A DNA stretch of 64,000 nt, from the IMG/VR virus record IMGVR_UViG_3300025598_000023, positions 47,325 through 111,324 of that record. One strand, written 5' to 3'. Position numbers and translations under genes: made by a program. Every line of letters starts with the position of its first letter. Positions within the stretch are counted from its first letter, which is position 1. Below are positions 46,184 to 55,815 of this stretch, piece after piece. This stretch comes from a virus. Under the pieces are notes generated by a model that saw nothing but the letters and a program-made list of their open reading frames with translations, did not search any database and was not told the origin of the DNA.

Positions 46184-48850
46184 TTATTCCTCAAAATCAA
46201 ATAAATTAGTAAATGTATTGCTGATGTTTGTTGCGTTAGTAATATCCCAACCAAGAACATCAAGAAGATTTTCTACTTTTTGTGTTACAATAGTATCTTC
46301 CATTTCATCACTATCAAATGGCATTTCTTTAAACCATTTTGGAATACGAGTTTCATCTGTTGGATAACCAATGCTTGTAAGTCCAAGTGGATTATCTTTT
46401 AACTTACAAACAATAGTTTTCATACCGTCAACAATCTCAATACTGCGAGTATCGCTGTGCATTCTGCGAAGATTATTCCAATTAATCGCCGCACGAACGT
46501 GACCTGGCATATTTGCTTTGCCTTGTTTCTTTTCTAAATCGCCATAATAAGTTAGTTTATTAACGCGCTTTGGTGTGCCCTTTTCCCAACTTGGTAATTC
46601 TTTAAACTTTGTTTTAAAAGTGCGCACTTCTTCAATGATCTGCTCGCGTTCTGCACCGTCAAGAACTTTCTTCAAGATATCGGACAAGAAATCTTGTACA
46701 AGTTTAGGTGTATCGCTGCGTTTAAGGTCAAGACCCATAGCTTTAACTTTGCCAGTCTTGCCTTCAACATCAAGTCGCTTGCCTTCCAAATCAAAAATTA
46801 ACACAGCATAACGTTTTTTGGTAATAAACAGTCCTTTACTAGCAATAAGTTCACGACCACCTTTAATGATAGAACCAAGTTCTGGCGTAGTGTGAAATGC
46901 TTCATACATAAATTTTGGGAATGTCATATTGACTTGTTCACCAATACTGTCATAAAGCTGAATACAAATCTCTTTATTCCATTCCATGCGACCAGAAGCT
47001 ACATCATCTTTAATAACTGGCCAAGCACTAAAATACACAGAGTCAGTATCGCCATATATGATTGCTTTGCCAACGTGATCTGCTTCACCAGTGATAAGTT
47101 GATTAACGGTAGCATCCATATGTTTTGCAATTGTGCGACCGCATAAAGTGGTGCTTTGTCCAATGCGTTGGTCAAAGAAACGACAACCTGCGTTTAGAAT
47201 AGCACCATACAAACTGTTCAAGTTAATCTTTTTAACCAACTGACGTTTATCCCAGAAAGCAATTTCTTTTGGATCGGTTGCTTCTTTCTTTTTAGCTTGT
47301 AATTCTTTACGCTCACTATACCAACGTTCAAGCAAACTTGGCACAACGCCTTGTCGTTCAAGGTTAAAGATTGTGCCATTTGCACTTAACGCCCATGGTG
47401 CATAATTGTCAAAAATCATATCATATATTTGTGCAGCACTATAAACTTCACTGTTACCATTTTCCCAATCAATAGTAATTTCTGTTCCAATTTCACGGTT
47501 CATAACAGCACTATATTCTAAAGTTGCGAATAGACCTTCCCATGCGCCAGCAAATGATTTGCCTTCATCCATGCGTTGTTTAAGTAGTGCTTCTGTCATA
47601 ATAGGTCGTAACTGACCAACAACGGTCTCTGGACCCATATTAAGTGCACGAATTGTTGATGGATACAGCGAGTTAATATCAATAGCACCAATCCAATCAT
47701 TTAATCCTTTTTTGGGATAAGCAACATACGCACCAGCAACTTGGCTATTGACTTCTTCATCACGTGAACGGCGATTAGGAACTACCATACCACGACGATG
47801 TGCTTCGTTGATAATTGCTTGTTCTGTGACCGCAACCGCGCCCATTGTAGTTTGTAGCAACACAGTATTATCGTGCGCAATTTCATTTGCCAAATCAAGA
47901 AATCGTAGTTTTTTATCTAACTTATTGAGCAGTGCAACGTCTTGTCGTGAATACTGAATAAATGTTTCAAAGTCGCGGTTATATAACTGGTCAAGTGTGC
48001 CTTCATAAGCAGTCTTGCGTTCATTTAACTCATATTCACCAATAGCATCAAGACTATAACTATGGCGTTCTTCATATGTATATTTGCGATACAGTTCCAT
48101 ATAATCCATGTGAACACGACCAACCAAGTCATATGTTGAACTTGTCTTTCCATATTTTTCATATTCACGTACTTTTGGAAACTGGTCCCACAAGCAAAAA
48201 CGGCGGGTGTCATCTTTACTTAAAATGCGTGTTACACGATTGATAGTGTATGGAATATCAAAACCTTCACTGTTCCAACCACTTAACACATCTGCATCTT
48301 CGATAAGTTCAAGAAATGTTAGCAGCATTTCTCGTTCACTATCAAACATAAAAGTATTTTCAAAGATGCTTGCTACTTTATTCGCATCTTCCATAGACAT
48401 GGCACTTGGTGGCAGTGCTAATGTGATAAGTTGGTCTAACCAATCCAGATAAACTGTAATTGCAGTAATTTTTGTAAAGGGATCATCTGGTGTGCTGTAG
48501 CCTTTTTGCGGATCAAAATCCGTTTCAATATCGAAGAAGGCTGTTTGTAGCTGTGGCGAATCACTGCCAAGATAATTTTCTGCCAAACATCTAAAAATAG
48601 GATTGATATCGCTTTCAAATATTTGGTGTTTACCTTGTCGCAGATTTAGTTCCTTGCGGAAATCCTTACTACTGCGACAAGTTATACGGCGAACTGGAGT
48701 ATCAAATATGCTTTTGTGGTTGCCCTTTTCATCGCCGTAATAAAAAACATAATTTACAGGATATTCCTTATAAACACGTTTTCCATTTACACGCTCAACA
48801 ACATGAATACGCTCATGCTGTCTATCAATAATTGCATCTACATAACTCAT
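46184..48850 (-). CDS. polB: Family B DNA polymerase (gp43-like)
   Basis: FDIETD, GWNSEGFDIPY, DINSLYPS, KINLNSLYG, YGDTDS, KKRYA. Start at ATG 48850 with SD GGAGA. Confidence 0.95.
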   Translation of the reverse strand: MSYVDAIIDRQHERIHVVERVNGKRVYKEYPVNYVFYYGDEKGNHKSIFDTPVRRITCRSSKDFRKELNLRQGKHQIFESDINPIFRCLAENYLGSDSPQLQTAFFDIETDFDPQKGYSTPDDPFTKITAITVYLDWLDQLITLALPPSAMSMEDANKVASIFENTFMFDSEREMLLTFLELIEDADVLSGWNSEGFDIPYTINRVTRILSKDDTRRFCLWDQFPKVREYEKYGKTSSTYDLVGRVHMDYMELYRKYTYEERHSYSLDAIGEYELNERKTAYEGTLDQLYNRDFETFIQYSRQDVALLNKLDKKLRFLDLANEIAHDNTVLLQTTMGAVAVTEQAIINEAHRRGMVVPNRRSRDEEVNSQVAGAYVAYPKKGLNDWIGAIDINSLYPSTIRALNMGPETVVGQLRPIMTEALLKQRMDEGKSFAGAWEGLFATLEYSAVMNREIGTEITIDWENGNSEVYSAAQIYDMIFDNYAPWALSANGTIFNLERQGVVPSLLERWYSERKELQAKKKEATDPKEIAFWDKRQLVKKINLNSLYGAILNAGCRFFDQRIGQSTTLCGRTIAKHMDATVNQLITGEADHVGKAIIYGDTDSVYFSAWPVIKDDVASGRMEWNKEICIQLYDSIGEQVNMTFPKFMYEAFHTTPELGSIIKGGRELIASKGLFITKKRYAVLIFDLEGKRLDVEGKTGKVKAMGLDLKRSDTPKLVQDFLSDILKKVLDGAEREQIIEEVRTFKTKFKELPSWEKGTPKRVNKLTYYGDLEKKQGKANMPGHVRAAINWNNLRRMHSDTRSIEIVDGMKTIVCKLKDNPLGLTSIGYPTDETRIPKWFKEMPFDSDEMEDTIVTQKVENLLDVLGWDITNATNISNTFTNLFDFEE

Positions 48851-48861
48851 TTTATTCTCCA

Positions 48862-48879
48862 AGTCACTTGTGGCTGACC
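48862..48879 (-). promoter_or_regulatory. Candidate translational operator hairpin of polB
   Basis: GGUCA-GCCACAAG-UGACU (5-bp stem, 8-nt loop) immediately 5' of the SD. Confidence 0.4.
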
Positions 48880-48927
48880 AAAACCTTTCTACATGCACGT
48901 GTGGTGTGCGAACCATATATTAATTTA

Positions 48928-49194
48928 TTATACGGAATCTTTTAAATTATCCGTAGATTGCAAAATACTTTCGATGATATCAAGGTCTTCACGAGCCTTG
49001 TCATAGTCGCGCTTCATAGCCATCTTAACTGCCTTTTTAAGCAGATTTGGTTTAAGTTGCATTTCTTCTGCAATAGCAGCAATGGTATCATTCAATCCAC
49101 CTTGTAGCGTTTCAACTTCTGTTGTTACGCCAATTGCTTCGGTAATAAGTTGTTTAAGTTTTGCACGTTCTTCAGTGCTAAATGCTCTTGCCAT
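48928..49194 (-). CDS. dsDNA-binding protein (T4 DsbA/GapR-like)
   Basis: 88-aa helical protein; IAEEMQLKPNLLKKAVKMA. Confidence 0.55.
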   Translation of the reverse strand: MARAFSTEERAKLKQLITEAIGVTTEVETLQGGLNDTIAAIAEEMQLKPNLLKKAVKMAMKRDYDKAREDLDIIESILQSTDNLKDSV

Positions 49195-49206
49195 AGATTA
49201 GTCCTT

Positions 49207-49659
49207 TCATTTTGTTGTTACTATTGCTTTAAGTGCTTGATATTCATTATATGCATCACGCAGTTCTTTATCAATATTCATTTCCCATTTTTTACGAGCA
49301 GCTTCATATTTTTCATACGCATCTGCTAATATAGGAAACTCGCCGTGTAATTCATCGTTTTTTGTAATTAAACAAATTGCTTCGCATACATTTTCATAAA
49401 AGTTATCAAGATTTATTTTATTGTGATTTGTGTTAATAAGTGCATCGGCGTTATCTCGTGGTGTAATGTCCAAACTATTAGAAGTAATTGCAACCGTAGG
49501 AGATTGTTGAACACTCCAACCAGAGGTAGTTAATATAGAACCACTACCGCCACCGCCACCACCAACTGTATTGATTGTATATGTTGTAGTTGAACCTGTT
49601 GCACCAATTGCGGGTGCGTATGTAGTTTTAGACGGACTTTGGACGATGTTGACGGTCAT
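49207..49659 (-). CDS. Hypothetical protein
   Basis: 150 aa; Thr/Gly-rich N-terminus, FPILADAYEKY tail. Confidence 0.55.
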   Translation of the reverse strand: MTVNIVQSPSKTTYAPAIGATGSTTTYTINTVGGGGGGSGSILTTSGWSVQQSPTVAITSNSLDITPRDNADALINTNHNKINLDNFYENVCEAICLITKNDELHGEFPILADAYEKYEAARKKWEMNIDKELRDAYNEYQALKAIVTTK

Positions 49660-49981
49660 GCTTCAATTTAGCAGCAAAAGCATCAGGAGTCAATTTATAT
49701 TTCTTAATAAAAGCATTATGCAAATCTTTTGGATCAATTTGGAAAGCACCACAAATACTACGCATTACATCATCAATACTAACATAATCAATATGTTCCA
49801 TGCCATCTAAATTATCTGCAAGTCTTGCAACAGCATTGTCCATATTGGTGCTTTCTGCACTATCAATTATTTTATTATATTTCCAACGTGCAGCCATTAG
49901 TCCACGTGCACCAGCACTGATTGGATGACGACCTTGAATACCTACACTCATTGCTGCTTCAAGTATTTCTTTAATACGCAT
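49628..49981 (-). CDS. Putative internal head protein
   Basis: N-terminus MRIKEILEA; TAAATA 5 nt upstream (49987-49992). Confidence 0.55.
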   Translation of the reverse strand: MRIKEILEAAMSVGIQGRHPISAGARGLMAARWKYNKIIDSAESTNMDNAVARLADNLDGMEHIDYVSIDDVMRSICGAFQIDPKDLHNAFIKKYKLTPDAFAAKLKHDRQHRPKSV

Positions 49982-49985
49982 AAGA

Positions 49986-51083
49986 TTATTTATCGGTTAC
50001 TGACCACACTTCTGGTGGAAATAATATACTGCTATCAGTATTCCTGTAACTATCTAATTTCTTTAATCTTAAAATTGCTTGTTCAAGTTGTTTTTTGTTG
50101 CTTGGTTGTTGTAATTCATTTATAAGATAAGAAAAATTAGGAATGGTATTCAAGTCATCAATTAATTTTTCCTTGACAGATTCTGGTAAATTTCTTGCTG
50201 TATAATAAGATGGATTTATTACCAAGTTTGGAACAATTTCACAATTAAAGCGTTTTTTCAAAATTTCAAAATCTTCTTTTGTGTTATATGCGTTTAGTAA
50301 ACTATAAGTGTAGATTATATAAAGATTTGCATTTGGTATTAATTTTAGTCTATTAAAATTTTGTAAAGTAGTGTCCCAAGAAGCTGGCCATCGTATGGTT
50401 GCAAATCTTTCATAAACTCCATCAATACTAAATCCAATATTAACTGATTTAAATTTAATTAATTTGTTAACAATACTTTCATTTAATACTGTTCCATTAC
50501 TAAAAAAATGCAAATCAATTTGTTCACTAAAATTATTATCGACTGCCCATGATAGTATTTTTTCTACCTTTTTACTATACATGGGTTCACCACCATAAAT
50601 TGTAAGTTTCTCTATATTTTTCCAAATTTCGTTTAATAAAATTTGGTCAATATCGTTGTTAATTTTATTTTTAGATGGGTCATGTTCACCCATTCTTTTT
50701 AATTCGGCAGACCATCTTGTGCTGCTATCACTAAAACATGTGATACAAGCAATATTGCAATTATTATCAACTCTAATTTCTAAATTTTTTAATTGGAATT
50801 TATTTTCTAAAAATAATTCATAGTCAAAATCATCATAACTTGATTTAAAATTTAATCTATGACTTTTTGTATTTCCATCTTGTTCAGTTTTTTTGCAATT
50901 ATAACAACCAGGGTGCCATTTGTTATCTTTGATGTATTCTCTAACCTCTGAATTTGCAGTTTGAATATCAGTAAAATTTTTGTTAAAATTTGGTAAGAAG
51001 TAACAACATGGTTTTACTTTATTAGAATCAAACACCAAATCAGTGAATGGTCTTAAGCAAAACGTATCAGTAAATTGTGTCAT
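49986..51083 (-). CDS. Radical SAM protein with N-terminal twitch domain (AT-rich)
   Basis: CLRPF..KPCC..GCYNC; CNIACITC; YGGEP; FSIDG. Confidence 0.85.
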   Translation of the reverse strand: MTQFTDTFCLRPFTDLVFDSNKVKPCCYFLPNFNKNFTDIQTANSEVREYIKDNKWHPGCYNCKKTEQDGNTKSHRLNFKSSYDDFDYELFLENKFQLKNLEIRVDNNCNIACITCFSDSSTRWSAELKRMGEHDPSKNKINNDIDQILLNEIWKNIEKLTIYGGEPMYSKKVEKILSWAVDNNFSEQIDLHFFSNGTVLNESIVNKLIKFKSVNIGFSIDGVYERFATIRWPASWDTTLQNFNRLKLIPNANLYIIYTYSLLNAYNTKEDFEILKKRFNCEIVPNLVINPSYYTARNLPESVKEKLIDDLNTIPNFSYLINELQQPSNKKQLEQAILRLKKLDSYRNTDSSILFPPEVWSVTDK

Positions 51084-51289
51084 ACCTTGCCGTTTGGATT
51101 TAAAATTGGTGGACGACCAAGTTTATCAGTTTTATTGCCAAATTTAGCAGCTTGCTTTTGTGTTTCACCTGGATGAATATCAACAGTTAGCGCATTAGCA
51201 TAACGTGGGTCACGTGCCATCTTTTTATTAGCAGGCACTACGCCTACACCAGCCGCTTCATCAAGGTCAAATAATTCAGTTAGTAACAT
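51080..51289 (-). CDS. Putative internal head protein
   Basis: MLLTELFDLDEAAGVG. Confidence 0.55.
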   Translation of the reverse strand: MLLTELFDLDEAAGVGVVPANKKMARDPRYANALTVDIHPGETQKQAAKFGNKTDKLGRPPILNPNGKV

Positions 51290-51294
51290 TCATA

Positions 51295-52236
51295 TCACCA
51301 CTTACGGCAAGACCAGTATCTTGCCTTTGTGCGTGGACCTGGATTTTCACAGTGATGTCTTGCACGGAAACTCTTGCGACGTTTTGGATTGCTTTTCTTA
51401 ATGCGCATATTAGGATCACCAAAGTTTACTTTCTTTACATTGCCAGTCTTTGGGTCTTTAACAAATACTTTAAATTTTTTTACATCGCCTCGCATTGGTT
51501 TACCAAGTGGAACTTTGCGACCATGATATTCTGCTTCTGATACCATTTCTTCATAAAGGTCATCCATAAAAAAACGAATCTCTCTGCCACCCTTATTCAA
51601 TACAATATCATCATCGTCTTCGGCAATATCCCAACCCATGTTGCTTAACATTTTGGATGCTTGAGCATGTTTTGCTTCATCACCATGCCACCACATTTTT
51701 GCTAATCGCTTTAAACTTTGTGGGTTGTCGTGCAGTGATACTACTTCACCTTCACTTACGTTACTTGAACTTGCAATAACACGGTCTGCTGCTTGGTTTA
51801 TTTCATCACGTGTTGCACGATATGGACTTACTTTAAGAACTGCAATTTGTTGGTATGCTGGTGTCGCTTCGTCATCAGTTTTGACCATTTTCTTTAATAA
51901 AACATGATCTACTTTACGACTATCACCATCATCATGTGTGTTTGTTGCAATAAAGTAATCATCACGATAATGCATTACATTATTGTTGCCACCAAAATCT
52001 CGTGCTCGCCAAAGTTTTGCTTCGGTTAAATTTTTGTTTTCAATTTCATTTAGACTTTCTAAAACTTTAAAAAGTTTTTCATCACCAAGTAGAGTAATGC
52101 TGTCACCAGTCATTTCCATAATTTCTGTATCTACCTGAAGTATATTACCAAATTCAAGATAAAAACCATCGCCAACTGTTGGACGATCTTCGCTAATGGC
52201 GGTAAGTTTTTCAATTAGGGAACGCATATCACTCAT
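51295..52236 (-). CDS. Putative modular internal head protein
   Basis: C-terminal EAEYHGRKVPLGKP...KVNFGD...SFRARHHC...ARYWSC module; TAAATA at 52253-52258. Confidence 0.65.
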   Translation of the reverse strand: MSDMRSLIEKLTAISEDRPTVGDGFYLEFGNILQVDTEIMEMTGDSITLLGDEKLFKVLESLNEIENKNLTEAKLWRARDFGGNNNVMHYRDDYFIATNTHDDGDSRKVDHVLLKKMVKTDDEATPAYQQIAVLKVSPYRATRDEINQAADRVIASSSNVSEGEVVSLHDNPQSLKRLAKMWWHGDEAKHAQASKMLSNMGWDIAEDDDDIVLNKGGREIRFFMDDLYEEMVSEAEYHGRKVPLGKPMRGDVKKFKVFVKDPKTGNVKKVNFGDPNMRIKKSNPKRRKSFRARHHCENPGPRTKARYWSCRKW

Positions 52237-52266
52237 GATTAAATCCTCTTATTATTTAGTGGATTA

Positions 52267-52761
52267 TCACTTCTTTTTTGCGAATGTCTTTACATAAATT
52301 GGCTTCTTGCCGCTTCCGCCAGTATCTTTGCCACCACGACCAGCAGCATTTTGTGCTTTGCGCTTGCGGGTAACTGCACTCTTTTTCTGTGCAGCAGTCA
52401 TTCTACGTGCCTTCGCTGCTGGCACACATTTGGCATAACCACGCTTGCTGCCACTTGTTCCGCAAGGTGGATGTTTGCCTTTTACTTTTTTACCAATATT
52501 AACCCATTTATCAGTAAACCACTTATGAAGATTACTGCTCGCTTCGCCTAAAATTTCTGGAATAATTAAGTTACCACAATTTACACAATAATCAAGATTT
52601 TCTAAAATATTTTGTTCTGTAATTGGTTCGCAAATAATATCTGTGCTTTCGGTTTTCTTATTCTTGACACAGTTTGGATATGTCTTGCCAAACATTTTTT
52701 TGTTACCTTCTTTGTGGTAACCTTTCCAACATGCTTCGCCAAGAACATCTTCCATCTTCAT
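52267..52761 (-). CDS. Putative internal head protein (basic, Cys-containing)
   Basis: MKMEDVLGEA; CWKGY...PNCVK; LHKWFTDKWV..PCG...KCVP. Confidence 0.65.
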   Translation of the reverse strand: MKMEDVLGEACWKGYHKEGNKKMFGKTYPNCVKNKKTESTDIICEPITEQNILENLDYCVNCGNLIIPEILGEASSNLHKWFTDKWVNIGKKVKGKHPPCGTSGSKRGYAKCVPAAKARRMTAAQKKSAVTRKRKAQNAAGRGGKDTGGSGKKPIYVKTFAKKK

Positions 52762-53435
52762 TTGGATTTATTGCCCCAATTCTTTGCGCCTGCTTTGCGG
52801 CACTTAACTAGCGCACCACTTGCATATGCACTTGGCCATACTTTATAACGGCTCTTTACTTTATAATAGCAAGCATCTTTCTTTTCATCTACTCGTGATT
52901 CTGGTAACATTAAGCCACCACAATGTGGGCAACTTTCTTCTACGTTGTCATGTGCAGCAGCCCCAACGATTTCATCATAATTTTCCATGCAAAGATAATC
53001 GTGATGTTTAGACAATTCAATCATCTTTTCAGCAACATCATGCAAATCTTCGTCGGTCTTTGCATCTTCACGAGCATATTCCATCATACGAAGCAGTAAT
53101 GGAATATCCATACTGACTGTATCAGTGGCATCTGCTTCTGGAATCATTTCAACATTTTCAGTTGAAGAAATTTTAGGTTTACGAATAGCACTGCCTGGTA
53201 AAATTTTATCCATGGCTAAATCAATGCCAGCACGTTGTTTTTTAGTTTTGCCAGCGGGATTTGCAGTTAAAACATTTGGATTGCGAGCAAGACGTTTGCC
53301 AACATATGATTTTAATGTATTTGTTTTCAATTCGTCAACGTGTTTTGGCTTTTTACCGCGCTTCTTCATATTAATAGCAATCGCTGCTTGTTGCGCTGGA
53401 CTACTTGCTTCTAAAATAATATCTTTGATTTTCAT
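52758..53435 (-). CDS. Putative modular internal head protein
   Basis: MKIKDIILEA; AQQAAIAI; MDIPLLLRMMEYAREDA; KKDACYYKVKSRYKVWPSAYASGALVKCRK. Confidence 0.65.
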   Translation of the reverse strand: MKIKDIILEASSPAQQAAIAINMKKRGKKPKHVDELKTNTLKSYVGKRLARNPNVLTANPAGKTKKQRAGIDLAMDKILPGSAIRKPKISSTENVEMIPEADATDTVSMDIPLLLRMMEYAREDAKTDEDLHDVAEKMIELSKHHDYLCMENYDEIVGAAAHDNVEESCPHCGGLMLPESRVDEKKDACYYKVKSRYKVWPSAYASGALVKCRKAGAKNWGNKSK

Positions 53436-54358
53436 TAGTCGCCACCTACCAATTTGTTACCTGGTGGACCTTTGTCTATGCCTTTCCAATATCCAGTAAA
53501 CTTTGGACCACTTGGATTCTTTACTGCATCACTCATTGCACTTTCAGTTTTTTTCTTGCGTTTCTTTTGGTTATAAGTGCCACCAAACAGTGAACCAATT
53601 TGACTGCGACCCATCATACCCATTGCACCAACGCCGCCAGCAATACCACCAGCACTACTTGCGCCAGCACTTGCACTTTCACCAATTACGTGAAAGCCAG
53701 CTTGCTGCTTGCTTTTAACTTGCGCACTTGGCACCATAACTGGAACGCCCTGAACATTACCATTGGTATCAAGTTTTGCCATTTTAACCATGCCAGGTGT
53801 CTTACTCATACCAGGTGCCTTTGGAGGTGTGCCTGGTTGTTGTTGAGTTTGTTGTGTTGGACTTGGATTCGGTGTTGAACCAGTTTGCATACCCATTTGC
53901 TGACCATCTTCATTCATTTCACTTGGGTAACGCATTTCATAATCAAGGTAATCAAAAACACTTTCAATATAATCTGCTGCACGTGTTAGTTTACGTTGGA
54001 CCCAACCTTCTAATCCCTGGTTTTCACCAACATTTTTCAACATGTCATGCAACATAAGTGATAGCTTTGCTGTGCGATAAAGTTCTTGACGTGCCATTTG
54101 AACTTCATGATCTGGATACTGATTATAAGTTTGTGGCATCAACTGTCCTGTTGGCTCATTGTTACCCCATCCACATTCTTCAATATTGTTGGCAGTTTCT
54201 GGTAATTTTACCATATATCTACCATCATAAACTTTCCATAGTGTTCCATTATAATGAGCAGCAAGTTTGTCTGCTTCATCATAGTTTGTAATTACTGGTC
54301 GACCATTTTGAGCTAAAACTTTACCATAAACTGAGCTATTATGAATTTCATATTTCAT
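53435..54358 (-). CDS. Putative modular internal head protein
   Basis: DHEVQMAR..LEGWVQRKLTRAADYI; ESASAGASSAGGIA; TAAATA at 54376-54381. Confidence 0.6.
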   Translation of the reverse strand: MKYEIHNSSVYGKVLAQNGRPVITNYDEADKLAAHYNGTLWKVYDGRYMVKLPETANNIEECGWGNNEPTGQLMPQTYNQYPDHEVQMARQELYRTAKLSLMLHDMLKNVGENQGLEGWVQRKLTRAADYIESVFDYLDYEMRYPSEMNEDGQQMGMQTGSTPNPSPTQQTQQQPGTPPKAPGMSKTPGMVKMAKLDTNGNVQGVPVMVPSAQVKSKQQAGFHVIGESASAGASSAGGIAGGVGAMGMMGRSQIGSLFGGTYNQKKRKKKTESAMSDAVKNPSGPKFTGYWKGIDKGPPGNKLVGGD

Positions 54359-54390
54359 GAAGATATCCTCTAAATTATTTATGAAATTTG

Positions 54391-54708
54391 TTACATACTA
54401 AATGCTAAGTTTTTAAACATAAAATTAATTTTTTTACCATTTTTTGGTAAATTAAAAGATAAATCGTCTATAAAAATTTTAGTCGGTCTGGCTGTTTTGG
54501 TTTTTAAATTATTAAATATTAAGTTATTTGTTTTGCTATCGTCTAATTTTAAACTAAAACAATCAAAAAATTTTTGGTTTTGTGTTAATTTTGGTAAAGC
54601 ACGTTCACACATAAGTTGACCATTTATAAAAATTCTATAAACTATTTCTTCGTCGCCATAGTCATAATTTTCTGGTTCAATCTTTAATTTAATTTCATAC
54701 TCACTCAT
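54391..54708 (-). CDS. Hypothetical protein (AT-rich)
   Basis: 105 aa. Confidence 0.5.
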   Translation of the reverse strand: MSEYEIKLKIEPENYDYGDEEIVYRIFINGQLMCERALPKLTQNQKFFDCFSLKLDDSKTNNLIFNNLKTKTARPTKIFIDDLSFNLPKNGKKINFMFKNLAFSM

Positions 54709-54979
54709 CTAATACTCGTTGAATCTCTTTCAATAATTTATCTTCTTGAAATTTAGCTTCACGATTCTTAGATTTTTTGATTTTGTTTATCTTTGCATTA
54801 AAACGGCGCAAGTCGCTACGAGTTAATTTTTTATTTTTCTTTGTAAGGAATTGTATTGCTTGACTTTTTATATTAGAAGTTTGTATATCTAAATTACTGT
54901 TTAGTTGATACTCTTCCCAAATTTGAACAATTGCATCCCATTGTGTTTGGGTGAGAGTGGTGTTGTTTTCGTCAAGCAT
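54701..54979 (-). CDS. Hypothetical protein
   Basis: 92 aa; SD GAGGGGAG. Confidence 0.5.
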   Translation of the reverse strand: MLDENNTTLTQTQWDAIVQIWEEYQLNSNLDIQTSNIKSQAIQFLTKKNKKLTRSDLRRFNAKINKIKKSKNREAKFQEDKLLKEIQRVLDE

Positions 54980-54992
54980 GTTACTCCCCTCA

Positions 54993-55505
54993 TTAATTAT
55001 ATCTCCCTAATTTTGCAAAACTAGAGAGTTCACGTGCTACACGTGTGTAGTCATGATCTTCGTATTTTATACCAATACCACCTGCACTACGCCAACTTGC
55101 AATATTTCTACCATAATCATCCACGAGGATACATGGATTACCCCCAAGTGTAGCAAACATAGCTTTGTTGTGTGTAAGTTCAATATGCTTTGGTGGCATA
55201 TCACTGAAATGCATGCCAACCCATGCTAGCTTACCAGATTCACTGCGTGGGTCACCAGTTAATGGTGTGCTGCAAATATAATAGCTACCAAACTCTTTTA
55301 TAACATGTGCAACAAGTTGTCGTGCATGTGGAAGTAGGGGTAGATCAACCCAAAACGTAGGATGATCTCGCACAAGTTGAAGTTTTGCTTCTGGATTGTC
55401 AATGTCTTTATAGTGGTCTTTGCCATCAAGTCTAGCCCACTCACCAAAAAAATCAGCAAGAACGCCGTCCATATCAAGGTAAACTCGGAACTTTTGGTGT
55501 GCCAT
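54993..55505 (-). CDS. HAD-family 5'(3')-deoxyribonucleotidase-like protein
   Basis: YLDMDGVLADF, K..W, ILVDD, GGIGI. Confidence 0.85.
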   Translation of the reverse strand: MAHQKFRVYLDMDGVLADFFGEWARLDGKDHYKDIDNPEAKLQLVRDHPTFWVDLPLLPHARQLVAHVIKEFGSYYICSTPLTGDPRSESGKLAWVGMHFSDMPPKHIELTHNKAMFATLGGNPCILVDDYGRNIASWRSAGGIGIKYEDHDYTRVARELSSFAKLGRYN

Positions 55506-55535
55506 ACGATATTTATCCCTATTTGAGCCTGATTT

Positions 55536-55563
55536 ATTATACCATAACCACTTGAATAGTCAA
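55536..55563 (-). promoter_or_regulatory. sigma70-type promoter (divergent pair, leftward)
   Basis: TTGACT-N16-TATAAT with TG; also TAAATA at 55510-55515. Confidence 0.65.
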
Positions 55564-55577
55564 GCCTAATTTTCCCC

Positions 55578-55617
55578 TTGACAGACTGGGTAATTGTGGT
55601 AATATAAGGTATAAATA
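55578..55617 (+). promoter_or_regulatory. sigma70-type promoter plus perfect T4-type late box (rightward)
   Basis: TTGACA-N16-TAATAT (55578-55605) followed by TATAAATA (55610-55617); SD GGAG. Confidence 0.65.
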
Positions 55618-55632
55618 TTAGCGGAGTTACCG

Positions 55633-55815
55633 ATGCGTATCAAGGAAGTTATTCCTACAAATGAGGATTTTTCAAGTCAAATTATGGCTGCTGATCCTGT
55701 AATTTCAGAAGAAGATACTGCTCGTATCCTTGCAGTTAAGGAAAGCGATTTCAGCCAACCCATGACTGGCGATGAACTCATTGAACATATGAAAACTGTT
55801 CTTGGGATGCAATAA
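55633..55815 (+). CDS. Small acidic protein, putative antitoxin
   Basis: 60 aa, acidic, TAATG-coupled to a toxin-like gene. Confidence 0.5.
   Translation: MRIKEVIPTNEDFSSQIMAADPVISEEDTARILAVKESDFSQPMTGDELIEHMKTVLGMQ

Noticed and set aside
46184-48850. Intein or intron in polB
   Set aside because: The length and collinear motifs fit an uninterrupted enzyme; no splicing motifs seen.
48851-48916. 22-aa N-terminal extension of PolB, or a SAM-II/preQ1 riboswitch
   Set aside because: A strong SD precedes the ATG at 48850, and the sequence lacks those riboswitch consensus nucleotides. Kept only as a candidate operator.
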